Below, piece by piece: positions 29,378 through 40,734 of a stretch of 64,000 nt of DNA. The notes below the pieces were generated by a model. That model was not told the DNA's origin, did no database searches, and worked only from the letters and a program-made list of their open reading frames with translations. The stretch comes from Hyphomicrobiales bacterium. GTDB taxonomy: Bacteria > Pseudomonadota > Alphaproteobacteria > Rhizobiales > JAJFHR01. The translations under genes were made by a program, and so were the position numbers. The stretch is taken from the NCBI GenBank assembly GCA_021775475.1, contig JAJFHS010000006.1:21530-85529 (forward strand). Direction: 5' to 3'. Positions within the stretch are counted from its first letter, which is position 1. Each line of letters opens with the position of its first letter.

Positions 29378-30622
29378 ATGGCGACCGCAAATTCACATAA
29401 ACAAACCGGCAATAATAGTAAACCAACACTGCAACGCCGTCTGACATTGCCGCTTTTGACGCTATATGGACTTGGCGTGACCGTTGGTGCGGGTATTTAT
29501 GTACTTATCGGTGCAACAGCCGCCAAAGCAGGCTATTATGCCCCGGTATCTTTTTTACTTGCAGCAATAGTTGTTGCATTCACCAGTTTTTCTTATTCCG
29601 AACTGAGTACACGTTATCCCGTTAGTGCAGGTGAAGCAGCTTATGTCAGGGGTGGATTTAATTCACGCACTCTAGCAATGGTGATTGGGTTAATGGTTAC
29701 CACCTCGGGTGTGGTTTCATCGGCTGCGATTTCGATTGGAGCCGCCGCCTATCTGGGAATACTTGTTCCGGTTTCACCAGTCATACTAACAGTATTGATA
29801 ATTCTTGTTCTTGGTTTGGCCGCAACCTGGGGTATTCTTGAATCTGTCACAGCTGCGGCAATCATTACGGTAATTGAAATTGGCGGGCTGTTCTATGTTG
29901 TATTTTACGGCTTTATGCTTAAGCCAGACCTTCTAAGCGAAATCAATCGGGTTATTCCACCTTTAGAACTAGACGCATGGACAGGAATTGTTTCAGCTGG
30001 ATTGTTGGCTTTTTTCGCTTTTGTTGGATTTGAAGATATGGCCAACGTCGCTGAGGAAGTAAAAAACCCGCGACGAAACATGCCAAGAGCAATCATTTAT
30101 ACACTAGTGATTGCTACGGCGGTTTATCTCGCTGTTGTATCAGTTGTAATTTTAATTGTTCCAATGGATATCTTAAGTAAGTCGGCTGCACCGCTTAGCC
30201 TTGTATTTGAAAGTGCCGGAGATCAGACCAAAACTATTTTTAGTTTCATTGCAGCGATTGCGACTATCAATGGGGTACTCATTCAGATGATTATGGCATC
30301 GCGGGTTATCTATGGATTGGCTTCCCAAGGCAGTCTCCCCAGAATATTAGCCTATATCAATCCTTTTACGCATACGCCCCTTGTTGCAACCGCTCTTGTC
30401 GTCATCACCATATTGGGGCTTGCTCTGTTTTTACCGATTGCAAAACTTGCCGAAACAACATCCCTGATTGTTCTGTTCGTCTTCATGTCTGTAAACCTGG
30501 CTCTAATCCGTATTAAGCTAAAAGGCATCGGCTCAAAGCAGGATATTTTCGAGGTTTCTATATGGTTTCCTGTGTTCGGATTTCTCAGTTGTTTGCTACT
30601 GGCACTTTCCGCACTGACATAA
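29378..30622 (+). CDS. APC-family amino acid permease
   Basis: YGLGVTVGAGIY, YSELSTRYPVSAGEA, FFAFVGFEDMANVAEEVKNP, SRVIYGLA. Confidence 0.9.
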   Translation: MATANSHKQTGNNSKPTLQRRLTLPLLTLYGLGVTVGAGIYVLIGATAAKAGYYAPVSFLLAAIVVAFTSFSYSELSTRYPVSAGEAAYVRGGFNSRTLAMVIGLMVTTSGVVSSAAISIGAAAYLGILVPVSPVILTVLIILVLGLAATWGILESVTAAAIITVIEIGGLFYVVFYGFMLKPDLLSEINRVIPPLELDAWTGIVSAGLLAFFAFVGFEDMANVAEEVKNPRRNMPRAIIYTLVIATAVYLAVVSVVILIVPMDILSKSAAPLSLVFESAGDQTKTIFSFIAAIATINGVLIQMIMASRVIYGLASQGSLPRILAYINPFTHTPLVATALVVITILGLALFLPIAKLAETTSLIVLFVFMSVNLALIRIKLKGIGSKQDIFEVSIWFPVFGFLSCLLLALSALT

Positions 30623-30750
30623 GCGTTCCAATGCACCCCAGTTGGGTAATGTGAATCCAACCAGGGTCCTCTATACTTTCCACCACCAGATCCCAAACCG
30701 TTATCAACACATCACAGATTTCCGGTTTTCCTGGAGAATACATTTTAATG

Positions 30751-32331
30751 CTAAAACGCCAGCGCCTTCACCTGTCGCACATGGGGAAGATTAGATACTG
30801 CCTCAAGCACGTTTGCCGGCACTTCTTCGTCGACCTCAATCAGGGCTATTGCATCGCCACCTTGCTCGAGCCTGCCGAGGTGAAACGTTGCGATATTGAC
30901 GCCCGCGTCCCCTAGTGCCGCCCCTAAAGTGCCGATAAAACCGGGTTTATCATTGTTGGTGATATAGAGCATATGGGGTCCGAGTTCGGCCTCCATATTA
31001 ATGCCCTTGACCTGAATAATGCGCGGCTTGCCATCGCGAAACACTGTTCCGGCAACAGAACGTTCCTGCCTGTCCGTGGTAATTGTCAAGCGCACATAGG
31101 TTCCATAGGCGCCCGATGTCGGCCGGGTCACTTCTTCAATCTGAATACCGCGCTGCTTGGCAATCACCGGTGCATTGACCAGATTAACGTGCTCAAGCAG
31201 GGGTTGCAGGATGCCTGCCAAAGCTGTCGCCGTCAAAGCCTTCGTATTCATTTCAGCTACTTCGCCCGCATATTCCAGCTTGATTTTGCACAACCCCGTC
31301 TCTGTCAGCTGGCCAGCAAACAATCCCAGTTGCTGCACCAGCTTCACATAAGGTTGCAGTTTCGTTGCTTCATCTGACGAAATCGACGGCATATTTATGG
31401 CATTGGCAACCGCTCCTTCGAGCAGAAAATCCGAAACCTGTTCGGCCACCTGAATGGCCACATTAACCTGAGCTTCAGAAGTTGATGCCCCCAGATGCGG
31501 GGTGCAGACAACGTTTTCCATGCCAAACAACATATGATCTGTCGGCGGCTCCTGAGCATAGACATCGAGGGCCACACCGGCCACATGGCCAGCTTCTAGG
31601 GCTGCTTTAAGGGCCTCATCAACGATAAGCCCGCCACGCGCACAATTGATAATCCGCATTCCGGCTTTCATTTTATTGAGTGCTGCAGCATCAATGATGT
31701 TGCGCGTTTTGTCTGTTAGCGGTGTGTGCAGGGTTATAAAATCTGACCGCGCTAAAAGGTCATCAAGCTCAACTTTTTCCACTCCCAGTTCAACTGAACG
31801 TTCAACCGACAGGAACGGATCAAAGGCGATCACCTTCATGCGCAATCCTAAAGCCCGGTCGGCGACAATCGCACCGATATTACCGCAACCGATAATTCCA
31901 AGTGTCTTGGCGGTCACCTCAACCCCCATAAACCCGTTGCGGTTCCAGTTTCCAGCCTGGGTGGATTGATCAGCAGCAGGAATTTTGCGCGCCAAGGCTA
32001 ACATCAGGGAGATCGCATGTTCGGCCGTGGTAATAGAATTACCAAAAGGCGTGTTCATGACAATGATGCCTTTGGCTGTCGCAGCGTTAACATCAATGGT
32101 ATCAACACCGACACCAGCGCGACCAATGACTTTTAATTGAGTAGCCGCTGCGATAACTTTCTCGGTGACTTTGGTGGATGAGCGAACAACCAGACCTTCG
32201 TAATCCCCGATAATGTCAACAATACCATCTCTATCGAGACCGGTTTTAATATCGAATTCAATACCGCGCTGCTTAAAAACGGCTACGGCTTTTTCACTTA
32301 AATTATCTGCAATAAGCACTTTGGGTGCCAT
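30751..32331 (-). CDS. serA: D-3-phosphoglycerate dehydrogenase
   Basis: GRAGVGVD, NTPFGNSITTAEH, HTPLT, NCARGG, TPHLGAST and a C-terminal ACT domain. Confidence 0.97.
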   Translation of the reverse strand: MAPKVLIADNLSEKAVAVFKQRGIEFDIKTGLDRDGIVDIIGDYEGLVVRSSTKVTEKVIAAATQLKVIGRAGVGVDTIDVNAATAKGIIVMNTPFGNSITTAEHAISLMLALARKIPAADQSTQAGNWNRNGFMGVEVTAKTLGIIGCGNIGAIVADRALGLRMKVIAFDPFLSVERSVELGVEKVELDDLLARSDFITLHTPLTDKTRNIIDAAALNKMKAGMRIINCARGGLIVDEALKAALEAGHVAGVALDVYAQEPPTDHMLFGMENVVCTPHLGASTSEAQVNVAIQVAEQVSDFLLEGAVANAINMPSISSDEATKLQPYVKLVQQLGLFAGQLTETGLCKIKLEYAGEVAEMNTKALTATALAGILQPLLEHVNLVNAPVIAKQRGIQIEEVTRPTSGAYGTYVRLTITTDRQERSVAGTVFRDGKPRIIQVKGINMEAELGPHMLYITNNDKPGFIGTLGAALGDAGVNIATFHLGRLEQGGDAIALIEVDEEVPANVLEAVSNLPHVRQVKALAF

Positions 32332-32361
32332 AATCTTAATCTCCAAAACAGGGGGAATTTT

Positions 32362-33525
32362 CTATAGGTCTGCAACTGTTGCGGCGAACGCCCAGTCCAG
32401 CCACGGTGTCAGGGCTTTGAGATTGTCAGCCTCAATCGTGGAACCGGCCCAAATCCGCAAACCCGGCGGTGCGTCACGATAGCCACCGATATCGAAGGCA
32501 GCAGCTTCTGCATCAAGCAGCTGTGTCATTCGCTTGGTAAAGTCGCGTTGCTGTTCCAGCGGTAACGACGCCACCCGGTCATCGGTAATTTTAAGACAAA
32601 CCGACGTGTTCGATCTTAACTCTGGCCGGGGGCAGAGAAACTCAACCCACGGTGTGCGCTCAACCCATTGGCTAACGATCCTGGCATTGTCATTGGCCCG
32701 CGCCACAAGGGTCTCAAGACCGCCAATTTTTTGCGCCCACTCTAAAGTGTCGAGATAATCCTCCACACACAACATCGACGGCGTATTGATAGTGGCACCG
32801 GTAAAAATGGCTTCGATCAACTTGCCAGCTTTGGTCAGGCGGAACACCTTCGGCAACGGCCATGGCGGTACATAGGTCTCAAGGCGTTCAACCGCACGCG
32901 GCGACAGAATTAACATGCCGTGCGCCCCTTCCCCGCCGAGAACTTTCTGCCAGGAAAATGTCACCACATCCAGCTTTGGCCAGTCTAGATTTTGCGCAAA
33001 AACAGCGGAAGTTGCATCACAAATCGTGAGCCCCTGGCGATCTTCAGCAATCCAGTTACCATTTTCCACCCGCACGCCTGAAGTCGTGCCGTTCCAGGTG
33101 AACACCACATCATTGTTGAAATCCACAGCGCTCAGGTCTGGCAACTCGCCGTAACCTGCCTCATGAACGCGAACATTGTCGAGCTTTAGCTGATTTTTGA
33201 TGTCGCTGGCCCAGCCTGCACCAAAACTCTCCCACACCAGCACATCAACACCCCTGGCGCCTAACAGCGACCACAAGGCCATTTCAACCGCCCCGGTGTC
33301 AGAGGCGGGAACAATAGCCACACGATAATCGGTTGGTAATTTTAACAGGGATTTGGTTTGATCAATGGCACGTTTCAGCAATGCCTTACCGGTTTTAGAA
33401 CGGTGCGACCTGCCTAGATATGCATGTTCGAGATGATTGGTCGTCCAGCCAGGACGTTTGGCACAAGGCCCGGAAGAAAAACGCGGATTATCCGGTCTGA
33501 CGACCGGTTTGGTAATATCTGTCAT
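32362..33525 (-). CDS. serC: Phosphoserine aminotransferase
   Basis: [54 protein letters not shown]. Confidence 0.96.
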   Translation of the reverse strand: MTDITKPVVRPDNPRFSSGPCAKRPGWTTNHLEHAYLGRSHRSKTGKALLKRAIDQTKSLLKLPTDYRVAIVPASDTGAVEMALWSLLGARGVDVLVWESFGAGWASDIKNQLKLDNVRVHEAGYGELPDLSAVDFNNDVVFTWNGTTSGVRVENGNWIAEDRQGLTICDATSAVFAQNLDWPKLDVVTFSWQKVLGGEGAHGMLILSPRAVERLETYVPPWPLPKVFRLTKAGKLIEAIFTGATINTPSMLCVEDYLDTLEWAQKIGGLETLVARANDNARIVSQWVERTPWVEFLCPRPELRSNTSVCLKITDDRVASLPLEQQRDFTKRMTQLLDAEAAAFDIGGYRDAPPGLRIWAGSTIEADNLKALTPWLDWAFAATVADL

Positions 33526-33528
33526 TTA

Positions 33529-33583
33529 GCTACCCTCACAGATAGAAGCCGCTCGTTGGGGAGCAGTGGCCCACTGCGGGGGT
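33529..33583 (-). ncRNA. serC leader RNA motif (cis-regulatory)
   Basis: Minus strand CCCCCGCAGUG-GGC-CACUGCUCCCCAACGAGC...CUAUC-UGUGAG-GGUAG directly before the serC ATG. The last hairpin covers the SD; position and CCCAACGAG core fit the alphaproteobacterial serC motif as I recall it. Confidence 0.65.
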
Positions 33584-33653
33584 AATCAACCAGCGGCTTT
33601 TTGTCAACCGATTTATGAAATCAAATCTGGGACAAGGTCCCAAAGATACAAAA

Positions 33654-33681
33654 AAACCCTGGCGGAAAACCGTCAGGGTTT
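33654..33681 (-). terminator. Rho-independent terminator after the outer-membrane protein gene
   Basis: aaaccctggcgg-aaaa-ccgtcagggttt hairpin with flanking A/T tracts. Confidence 0.8.
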
Positions 33682-33707
33682 GATTTTTTTGCTGTCTGGT
33701 TTTTCGC

Positions 33708-34397
33708 TTAATCGAGGAAGCGATAGCGTAGACCAATGCGGAAATCATGGCCGACCAGTTTGTCGATATCTATGACATCAGGCCCGGATTTGCCCTTGCC
33801 CAGATCAATATAGCGATAACTTGCATCAATCGCCAAAGCTTCGCTGACGTCATAGCTGACCCCGGCATGCAACGCATAAGCGAAACTTGTTTTGGACCCG
33901 CTCGATGAAGTCGCAGGCAATCTGACATCTGTTAGTTTATTTCTGGAAATACCGATACCGGCACCGATATATGGCGTGAAGCCGTTAAAATTGCCGATGT
34001 CATAATAGGCATTTACCAATAAGGTGGTTGCGCTGAATTTCGCATCGAGGCTGTTGAAGTCGTCTTGCACTCGGGATTTGCTGCGATATCCCAGTGTCAC
34101 ATCGGCGCGTAGATTTTCGGTATACTGGCAACCAATACCAATGTCGGCCACCAGAGTATCTTTCATCTCTTCGCCAAGCGCTGAGCTGATCGCTCCACCT
34201 GGCAGGTTTTTGACAAAATCGGGGCGTTCATAGGTCGCAATACCCACATCACCGCGCACGTATATGCAACTTGACACTTCAGGATAGGTTTCAATTGGAG
34301 GAGGCGGAGGTGGGGCAAGTGGATCCGCTCCCAAAGCAGCCACGGTTCCCATCATCAAGGTACCAGTGCATACGCCTAAAATTATCCGGATTTTCAT
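33708..34397 (-). CDS. 8-stranded outer-membrane beta-barrel protein (Omp25/RopB-like porin family)
   Basis: Signal peptide + ADPL-polyPro, YVRGDVG, LLVNAYYDIGNFNGFTPYIGAGIG, IDASYRYIDLG, IGLRYRF terminus. Confidence 0.88.
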   Translation of the reverse strand: MKIRIILGVCTGTLMMGTVAALGADPLAPPPPPPIETYPEVSSCIYVRGDVGIATYERPDFVKNLPGGAISSALGEEMKDTLVADIGIGCQYTENLRADVTLGYRSKSRVQDDFNSLDAKFSATTLLVNAYYDIGNFNGFTPYIGAGIGISRNKLTDVRLPATSSSGSKTSFAYALHAGVSYDVSEALAIDASYRYIDLGKGKSGPDVIDIDKLVGHDFRIGLRYRFLD

Positions 34398-34519
34398 TAG
34401 CCTTAACTCCATTCTCATTTTACCCAGGAACAGCCCTGATTGAGGTTTCAGCCTCAATAGGTTTTCCGAATCGCCTGACATCTGCGGGCAATCAATGGGC
34501 AAAGAATGAAGGAAACTGC

Positions 34520-34534
34520 TTAATAACGCCTTAA
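34520..34534. promoter_or_regulatory. CtrA-type binding site upstream of the omp gene
   Basis: Exact TTAA-N7-TTAA (ttaataacgccttaa); TTAACCAT half-site at 34613-34620. Confidence 0.55.
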
Positions 34535-34682
34535 TCAAAACAGGAAAAACTTGATTAAATCAATAATTTCATCAAGTAAACTAAGTTATATTCTACATGC
34601 CGGTTAGTTTTATTAACCATAAATAAAAGTTGGTAAACGAATGCTTACAAATTAAAAAAGTTATTCATGATTGATTAACCAA

Positions 34683-36029
34683 TTACACCGCCGCCGATTG
34701 AACCGCTGAAGCAATATCATTGACAACCTGTTGCACCAAGATCTCATCATTGCCTTCGGCCATGATACGGATGAGCGGTTCGGTACCGGATTTACGCAAT
34801 AACACCCGCCCCTTTTGACCGAGTTGAGCTTCACCATCCAGCACTGCCTGCTTGACGTGCTCATCTTCCAGTGGCTTGCCGTTTTTGAAACGAACATTTT
34901 TCAAAATCTGCGGCAAAGGCTCGAACAGATTGCAGACTTCGCTCACCGGTTTTCCTTCGGCCGCAACCACGGCCAGCACCTGCAAAGCTGCAACCAGACC
35001 ATCACCAGTGGTGGAAAAATCACTCAATACAATATGGCCGGATTGCTCTCCACCAACATTAAACCCGTGCTTGCGCATATGCTCGACAACGTAGCGGTCA
35101 CCAACTGCTGTGCGCACCAATGACAGATCTTTGCTGTGCAAAAACTGCTCAAGACCAAGATTGGACATTACCGTTGCCACAATTCCGTTGGTCGAAAGCC
35201 TGTCAGCCTTGGCCCAGGTAACGGCGATGAGCGCCATGAGCTGATCGCCATCGATCAACCGGCCCTTTTCATCACAAATCAAAACCCTGTCGGCATCGCC
35301 ATCAAGAGCAATGCCAATATCCGCCCGCAGGCTCTTAACCTGATCACACAGGGTTTTTGGACAGGTAGAGCCACAATCCTGATTTATATTAAAGCCATCG
35401 GGTGTAACCCCCACAGGGATAACCTCAGCGCCCAGTTCCCACAATGCTTCCGGTGCTACCTTGTAAGCCGCTCCATTGGCGCAATCGACCACGACGCGCA
35501 AACCATCAAGGCGCAAATGGCGTGGCAACGTGCGCTTGGCAAATTCAATGTAGCGCGCTTGCGCATCTTCAATTCTTGTGGCGCGGCCCAGGTCTTTGGC
35601 GTCAGCTCGAACCACACCCAGATCAGAATCCATCAGGCGTTCGATTTTGATTTCCATCTCATCGGACAGCTTGAAACCATCAGGTCCAAACAGTTTGATG
35701 CCATTGTCATGATAGGGATTGTGTGAGGCTGAGATCATCACCCCCAAATCAGCGCGTAACGAACGTGTCAACATCGCCACCGCCGGGGTCGGCACCGGGC
35801 CAAACTGGAACACGTCCATACCAACGGTGGTAAATCCGGCCACCAGCGCAGGCTCAATCATATAGCCTGACAATCGCGTATCCTTGCCGATCACCACACG
35901 GTGACGATGATTGCCGCGGGTAAACAGACTTCCCGCCGCCATACCAACCCTGAGGGCGGTTTCAGCCGTCATATTGCCCGAATTGGCGCGATCACGAATA
36001 CCATCGGTTCCAAAATACTTTCGCGACAT
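34683..36029 (-). CDS. glmM: Phosphoglucosamine mutase
   Basis: [51 protein letters not shown]. Confidence 0.97.
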   Translation of the reverse strand: MSRKYFGTDGIRDRANSGNMTAETALRVGMAAGSLFTRGNHRHRVVIGKDTRLSGYMIEPALVAGFTTVGMDVFQFGPVPTPAVAMLTRSLRADLGVMISASHNPYHDNGIKLFGPDGFKLSDEMEIKIERLMDSDLGVVRADAKDLGRATRIEDAQARYIEFAKRTLPRHLRLDGLRVVVDCANGAAYKVAPEALWELGAEVIPVGVTPDGFNINQDCGSTCPKTLCDQVKSLRADIGIALDGDADRVLICDEKGRLIDGDQLMALIAVTWAKADRLSTNGIVATVMSNLGLEQFLHSKDLSLVRTAVGDRYVVEHMRKHGFNVGGEQSGHIVLSDFSTTGDGLVAALQVLAVVAAEGKPVSEVCNLFEPLPQILKNVRFKNGKPLEDEHVKQAVLDGEAQLGQKGRVLLRKSGTEPLIRIMAEGNDEILVQQVVNDIASAVQSAAV

Positions 36030-36109
36030 TTTGAAATAAATCTCCAAAAAAAACAGGTAGTTTCCCCCCACAGGGATCATTTATACCTAATTCACTAAAA
36101 TACCAACTG

Positions 36110-37165
36110 TCAAATAACCTCTATCGCCCGGGCAACTTTCAAAGCCTGTCGCGTTTCTGCTACATCATGAACCCGGATAATCTGAATTCCACTGGCAGCG
36201 GCCTTCAGAGCAGCGGCAATTGATCCCGGTACACGCCGTCTCGCCTCCGTCTCACCTGACAGTTCACCAATGAACCGTTTGCGTGAGGCACCCAGCACAA
36301 TGGGCACACCGAGCCCGTGAAAAAACGCCAGATTAGCCAACAATTCCAAATTATGTTTCAGGTTCTTGCCAAAACCGATTCCGGGATCAACCAACAGATT
36401 TTCGCGTTTAATGCCGGCAGCTTGTGCCACCGCCAATCGATCCGCCAACCAGTCAAAAACCTCAAACACAACATTTTCATATGTGGGGTTATCCTGCATG
36501 CATCGCGGATCACCTTGAGCATGCATTAAAACGACGGACCGGTCCAGTTCACACACAACCTCTCTGCTGTTTTCATCAAACGTCAAAGCACTGACATCAT
36601 TGATAATTCGCGCACCCTTTTCCACGGACCGCCGCATAACTTGCGGTTTTCGTGTGTCAATCGAAAGTGGCTGGGAAAGACTGCGCAAGCCTTCCACTAC
36701 CGGTAAAACCCGAGCCAGTTCATCATCAATAGATATGGGTTCAGCACCCGGTCGTGTTGATTCACCACCAATATCAAGAATATCTGCACCGGCCACCGCC
36801 AGCGCCTGACCATGAACAACGGCTGCATTTTCGTCTAGAAAATCACCACCATCGGAAAAACTGTCTGGTGTCACATTGACCACGCCCATGATAAGCGGGC
36901 CTGATTGATCCGGCATCAAGGCCAGTGAGCGTTTACCTTCAAGCAGCGTCAACGCGTCAACAACAGCTGTCTCGTTTGATCTACGCAGATCATCATAGCT
37001 ACGCAATTCCCGCTTAATCGTACCAGATGAATTTTGCCACACTTCTGCTGCCAGAAACCCAATATCTCCACCAGCCAGCTTGCCTGCACGTGTCGCATTC
37101 ATAGCGTCCTGTGCCGCAGTGCCATAAAGCAGACCTATGGGGTTTAAATAAAGATCGCGCGCCAT
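36110..37165 (-). CDS. folP: Dihydropteroate synthase
   Basis: MGVVNVTPDSFSDGG, DIGGESTRPG, DPGIGFGK, GASRKRFIG, RVHDV. Confidence 0.96.
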   Translation of the reverse strand: MARDLYLNPIGLLYGTAAQDAMNATRAGKLAGGDIGFLAAEVWQNSSGTIKRELRSYDDLRRSNETAVVDALTLLEGKRSLALMPDQSGPLIMGVVNVTPDSFSDGGDFLDENAAVVHGQALAVAGADILDIGGESTRPGAEPISIDDELARVLPVVEGLRSLSQPLSIDTRKPQVMRRSVEKGARIINDVSALTFDENSREVVCELDRSVVLMHAQGDPRCMQDNPTYENVVFEVFDWLADRLAVAQAAGIKRENLLVDPGIGFGKNLKHNLELLANLAFFHGLGVPIVLGASRKRFIGELSGETEARRRVPGSIAAALKAAASGIQIIRVHDVAETRQALKVARAIEVI

Positions 37166-37196
37166 CAACATTTCCAATTGGCCAGAACACAAACAA

Positions 37197-37222
37197 GGCG
37201 GGGCATGTAATCATGCCCCGCC
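37197..37222 (-). terminator. Hairpin downstream of ftsH
   Basis: ggcggggcatg-taat-catgccccgcc perfect 11-bp stem. Confidence 0.7.
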
Positions 37223-37246
37223 CTAAATTTTATTATCTGTCCAAGC

Positions 37247-39178
37247 TCAAGCCTGTGGTTGCGGCTCCATACCACCGCTTGATTTAGGCTTTTTCTTAGG
37301 CGCAGCCTTTTTGGCACCGGCGGTAGGAACAGCCGAGCCTTTGTCGCCCGAAGTATCGTCGGGATTTTCGCGCACCGGCTGCACACCTTTGAGCAGATTT
37401 ATAATTTCATCACCACTCAAGGTTTCATATTCCAGCAAGCCTTCGGAAATCGTATGAAGGTCTTTAACCTTGGCTTTCAGCATCTTCTTGGCCAGCTTAT
37501 ATCCTTCATCAACAATGCGGAAGACTTCACCGTCAATCAGCTTTTGTGTTTCCTCACTCATATTCTGTGTGCGCGAAACTGAATGACCAAGGAAGACTTC
37601 TTCCTCATTCTCGCCATAAGCCAGGGGTCCAAGCTTGTCACTCATGCCAAACTGAGTGACCATGGCCTTGGCCATTCTGGTCGCCATCTGAATATCGGAA
37701 GAGGCCCCTGACGTTACTTTTTCATGGCCAAAAATCAGCTCTTCTGCAACCCGCCCGCCCATGGCAACGGCAATATCTGCCTTAAGCTTAGCCCGTGTCA
37801 GTGAAATATGGTCGCGTTCAGGCAAGCGCATCACCATGCCAAGTGCGCGACCACGCGGAATTATTGTCGCTTTATGAACCGGGTCCGATGCATCCAGATT
37901 AATCGCTATCAGGGCGTGACCGCCTTCATGGTAAGCGGTGAGTTTTTTCTCTTCTTCACTCATCACCATCGAGCGCCGTTCAGCCCCCATCATGACTTTG
38001 TCTTTGGCATCTTCAAATTCAGCGTGCGTTACCAGCCGCTTGTTGCGCCGTGCTGCCAGCAGGGCTGCCTCATTCACCAGGTTGGCAAGGTCGGCCCCGG
38101 AAAAACCCGGTGTGCCGCGCGCAATCGTGCGTGGCTCCACATCAGGTGCCAGAGGTACTTTGCGCATATGAACTTTGAGGATTTTCTCACGCCCGATAAT
38201 ATCAGGATTGGGCACAACGACCTGACGGTAAAAACGACCGGGGCGCAGAAGAGCTGGATCAAGTACGTCAGGTCGGTTGGTTGCAGCAATCAGGATGACG
38301 CCTTCAGTTGCCTCAAACCCGTCCATTTCAACCAGCAATTGATTGAGCGTCTGCTCGCGTTCGTCATTGCCGCCACCAAGACCGGCACCACGATGGCGGC
38401 CAACGGCGTCAATTTCATCGATAAAGATGATGCAAGGGGCGTTTTTCTTGCCCTGTTCAAACATATCACGCACGCGGCTTGCACCAACGCCGACAAACAT
38501 TTCAACAAAATCCGAACCTGAAATTGTGAAAAACGGCACATCAGCCTCACCCGCAATCGCGCGGGCCAATAAGGTTTTACCGGTTCCTGGCGGGCCTACA
38601 AGCAGCGCACCTTTTGGAATATGACCGCCCAAGCGCTGGAATTTATGTGGCTCGCGCAAAAACTCGACAATCTCTTGTAAATCTTCCTTGGCTTCATCAA
38701 TACCGGCAACGTCATCAAAGGTTACACGACCGTGACGCTCGGTTAAAAGCTTGGCTTTGGATTTGCCAAAGCCCATGGCCTTGCCACCGCCGCCCTGCAT
38801 CTGGCGCATGAAGAAAATCCACACACCGATCAACAACAACATCGGGAACCAGGAGACAAACACGTCCATTAAAGATGGCGAGCCTGAATCCAGTGGCTTG
38901 GCGATAATGGTCACATTGTTTTTCTGCAACCGCGTCACCAAAGTCGGATCATTGGGAGCGTAGGTTTTGAAACTTCTGTTGGACTTGAAGAATCCGGAAA
39001 TTGAATCTCCCGCAATCGTCACTTCGCGGACATTACCGCTATCCACTTCAGACAACAGTTCCGAAAAACTGATTTCATTGGGCGCAGTTCTTTGTCCCGG
39101 TGTTTGGAAAACATTAAAAAGTGCGACCAGCAGCAGGGCGATAATCACCCATAACGCAAAATTTCTAAAATTATTCAC
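37247..39178 (-). CDS. ftsH: ATP-dependent zinc metalloprotease FtsH
   Basis: Two TM helices, [22 protein letters not shown] region, HEGGH zinc motif. Confidence 0.98.
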   Translation of the reverse strand: MNNFRNFALWVIIALLLVALFNVFQTPGQRTAPNEISFSELLSEVDSGNVREVTIAGDSISGFFKSNRSFKTYAPNDPTLVTRLQKNNVTIIAKPLDSGSPSLMDVFVSWFPMLLLIGVWIFFMRQMQGGGGKAMGFGKSKAKLLTERHGRVTFDDVAGIDEAKEDLQEIVEFLREPHKFQRLGGHIPKGALLVGPPGTGKTLLARAIAGEADVPFFTISGSDFVEMFVGVGASRVRDMFEQGKKNAPCIIFIDEIDAVGRHRGAGLGGGNDEREQTLNQLLVEMDGFEATEGVILIAATNRPDVLDPALLRPGRFYRQVVVPNPDIIGREKILKVHMRKVPLAPDVEPRTIARGTPGFSGADLANLVNEAALLAARRNKRLVTHAEFEDAKDKVMMGAERRSMVMSEEEKKLTAYHEGGHALIAINLDASDPVHKATIIPRGRALGMVMRLPERDHISLTRAKLKADIAVAMGGRVAEELIFGHEKVTSGASSDIQMATRMAKAMVTQFGMSDKLGPLAYGENEEEVFLGHSVSRTQNMSEETQKLIDGEVFRIVDEGYKLAKKMLKAKVKDLHTISEGLLEYETLSGDEIINLLKGVQPVRENPDDTSGDKGSAVPTAGAKKAAPKKKPKSSGGMEPQPQA

Positions 39179-39284
39179 TTAAGCAACATCCTTTCGGGAT
39201 GGATAAAGGCGATGTTTGAATTCTTTAAATCGCATTATAACACTAAAATCACCTGAATAAGTCATTCCAGTAAAGTTACATTTA

Positions 39285-39313
39285 AAATAGGGGCACAAAG
39301 CCCGTTTGCCAAC
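39285..39313 (-). promoter_or_regulatory. Possible RpoH-type promoter for ftsH
   Basis: Minus strand GTTGGC-N16-CCTATTT, a partial match to CTTGAA-N16-CCTATAT. Confidence 0.35.
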
Positions 39314-39420
39314 CGTCAGACCTACAAGAAACAGGCCAACCACCGCTGATTTTGTCATTTATCGCATAAAACTCAACTATTCTGGAAAATTCTGCACTCA
39401 TTCAGTAAAATCTACCCGGT

Positions 39421-40734
39421 TTAAACTTCTGTTAATTGCCCTGAATTAGCAAAATCTGCTCCAATTTGACACACATAATTTTCCTCATAAAAATTCAGAT
39501 GCGGCACGGCACATAACGCGTCACTGTGCCAAAACGATGGCAGACCCGCAGCCAAAGCTGAAGGATAGTTCAAATTGGACTTCAGCAATGGTTTGATCCG
39601 GGCATAATTATCCAAACCCAGAGCCTTGACCACCGTTGAATTTTCAGCTGAAGCTGACAGCGATACCCTGATCCTGTTATCCCACACAAGGCTTTGCCCC
39701 GGATGCAGCGAAATCTCCGCAAAGGCGGTGCGCCCGGTCTCGCGCATAATCCAGATTTTACTGTGTCGCACCATCAACAAACAGCCACCCAGGGTGCGTG
39801 TTGTTTTGTCGCTAACCTGTAGCCAGGCAAGAAGTTGAGCCAGAGAAGAATGAGGAGGGCTATAGGGGCGCCCGGCAATTGCACGCAAAAGCCGACCCAA
39901 AACCCGACGCTTTATTTCATAAGGATACTGTTCCAGTTGCTCAGGTTCGAGGATGCAATAGCCCGCCGAAAAAATCTCCACAGTTTTCCCGATGGCCTGC
40001 ACGCACATTGCATCCAGCGCTTCGCGAGCATGAGCCAGTCTTGCGGCCGTTTCCACCAGCCCATGAGCGTCAACCCCCAAAGGCTCCAGCACTGCCAAAG
40101 CCTGGCGAAATCGCACCCGGTCATACTTCAGATCATGATTGCTGGGATCGCTCACATAGGGGCATTTGACATCTTCAACAAGCTGCAACAACCTTGCCCG
40201 CTCGACACGGAGCAGGGGGCGATAAATCACTGTAGAGTTCCATGTCCGCGACGTTGCCATCGCCGCAAGCCCATCAACACCGCTGCCCCTGGCCAGTCGC
40301 AACAAGATTGTTTCAGCCTGATCATCAAGCGTATGTGCCACCAGCAAATGGCTTATCTGTTGTTGCGCGCACCATTCACACATCAGATCATAGCGCGCAT
40401 TGCGGGCATTTGCCTGGGTATTTCCATCAAAACTCGCCCCGCTCCAGCGAAAGGCTTTGTGGGTTAACCCGTATTGCCGGGAAATTTTGGCGACCAGATG
40501 AACTTCTTCCACTGCCTCGCGACGCAAGCCATGATCTACACTGAGCACGCATAACTCAGGTGCATTCTCACCGATTAACTGGCGCCATGCCACCAGCATC
40601 AACATCAGTGCCATACTGTCAGCACCGCCTGAAACCGCGACGGCCAAAGACCCTAGCGCCTTCAGCGGCTCGAAAATTTCCGCAAGTTCATCATCGCCAA
40701 AGGATGGAAATTTCAGGCGCTCAACAGCCAACAC
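39421..40734 (-). CDS. tilS: tRNA(Ile)-lysidine synthetase
   Basis: AVSGGADSMAL, VDHGLR, AHTLDDQAETILLRLARGSG, YRPLL, DPSN. Start probably GTG/TTG overlapping the ybgF stop. Confidence 0.95.
   Translation of the reverse strand: MLAVERLKFPSFGDDELAEIFEPLKALGSLAVAVSGGADSMALMLMLVAWRQLIGENAPELCVLSVDHGLRREAVEEVHLVAKISRQYGLTHKAFRWSGASFDGNTQANARNARYDLMCEWCAQQQISHLLVAHTLDDQAETILLRLARGSGVDGLAAMATSRTWNSTVIYRPLLRVERARLLQLVEDVKCPYVSDPSNHDLKYDRVRFRQALAVLEPLGVDAHGLVETAARLAHAREALDAMCVQAIGKTVEIFSAGYCILEPEQLEQYPYEIKRRVLGRLLRAIAGRPYSPPHSSLAQLLAWLQVSDKTTRTLGGCLLMVRHSKIWIMRETGRTAFAEISLHPGQSLVWDNRIRVSLSASAENSTVVKALGLDNYARIKPLLKSNLNYPSALAAGLPSFWHSDALCAVPHLNFYEENYVCQIGADFANSGQLTEV

Noticed and set aside
37808-38521. 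237-aa + strand ORF; similar long antisense ORFs occur over glmM, stcD and ymdB
   Set aside because: They lie fully opposite well-supported core genes.
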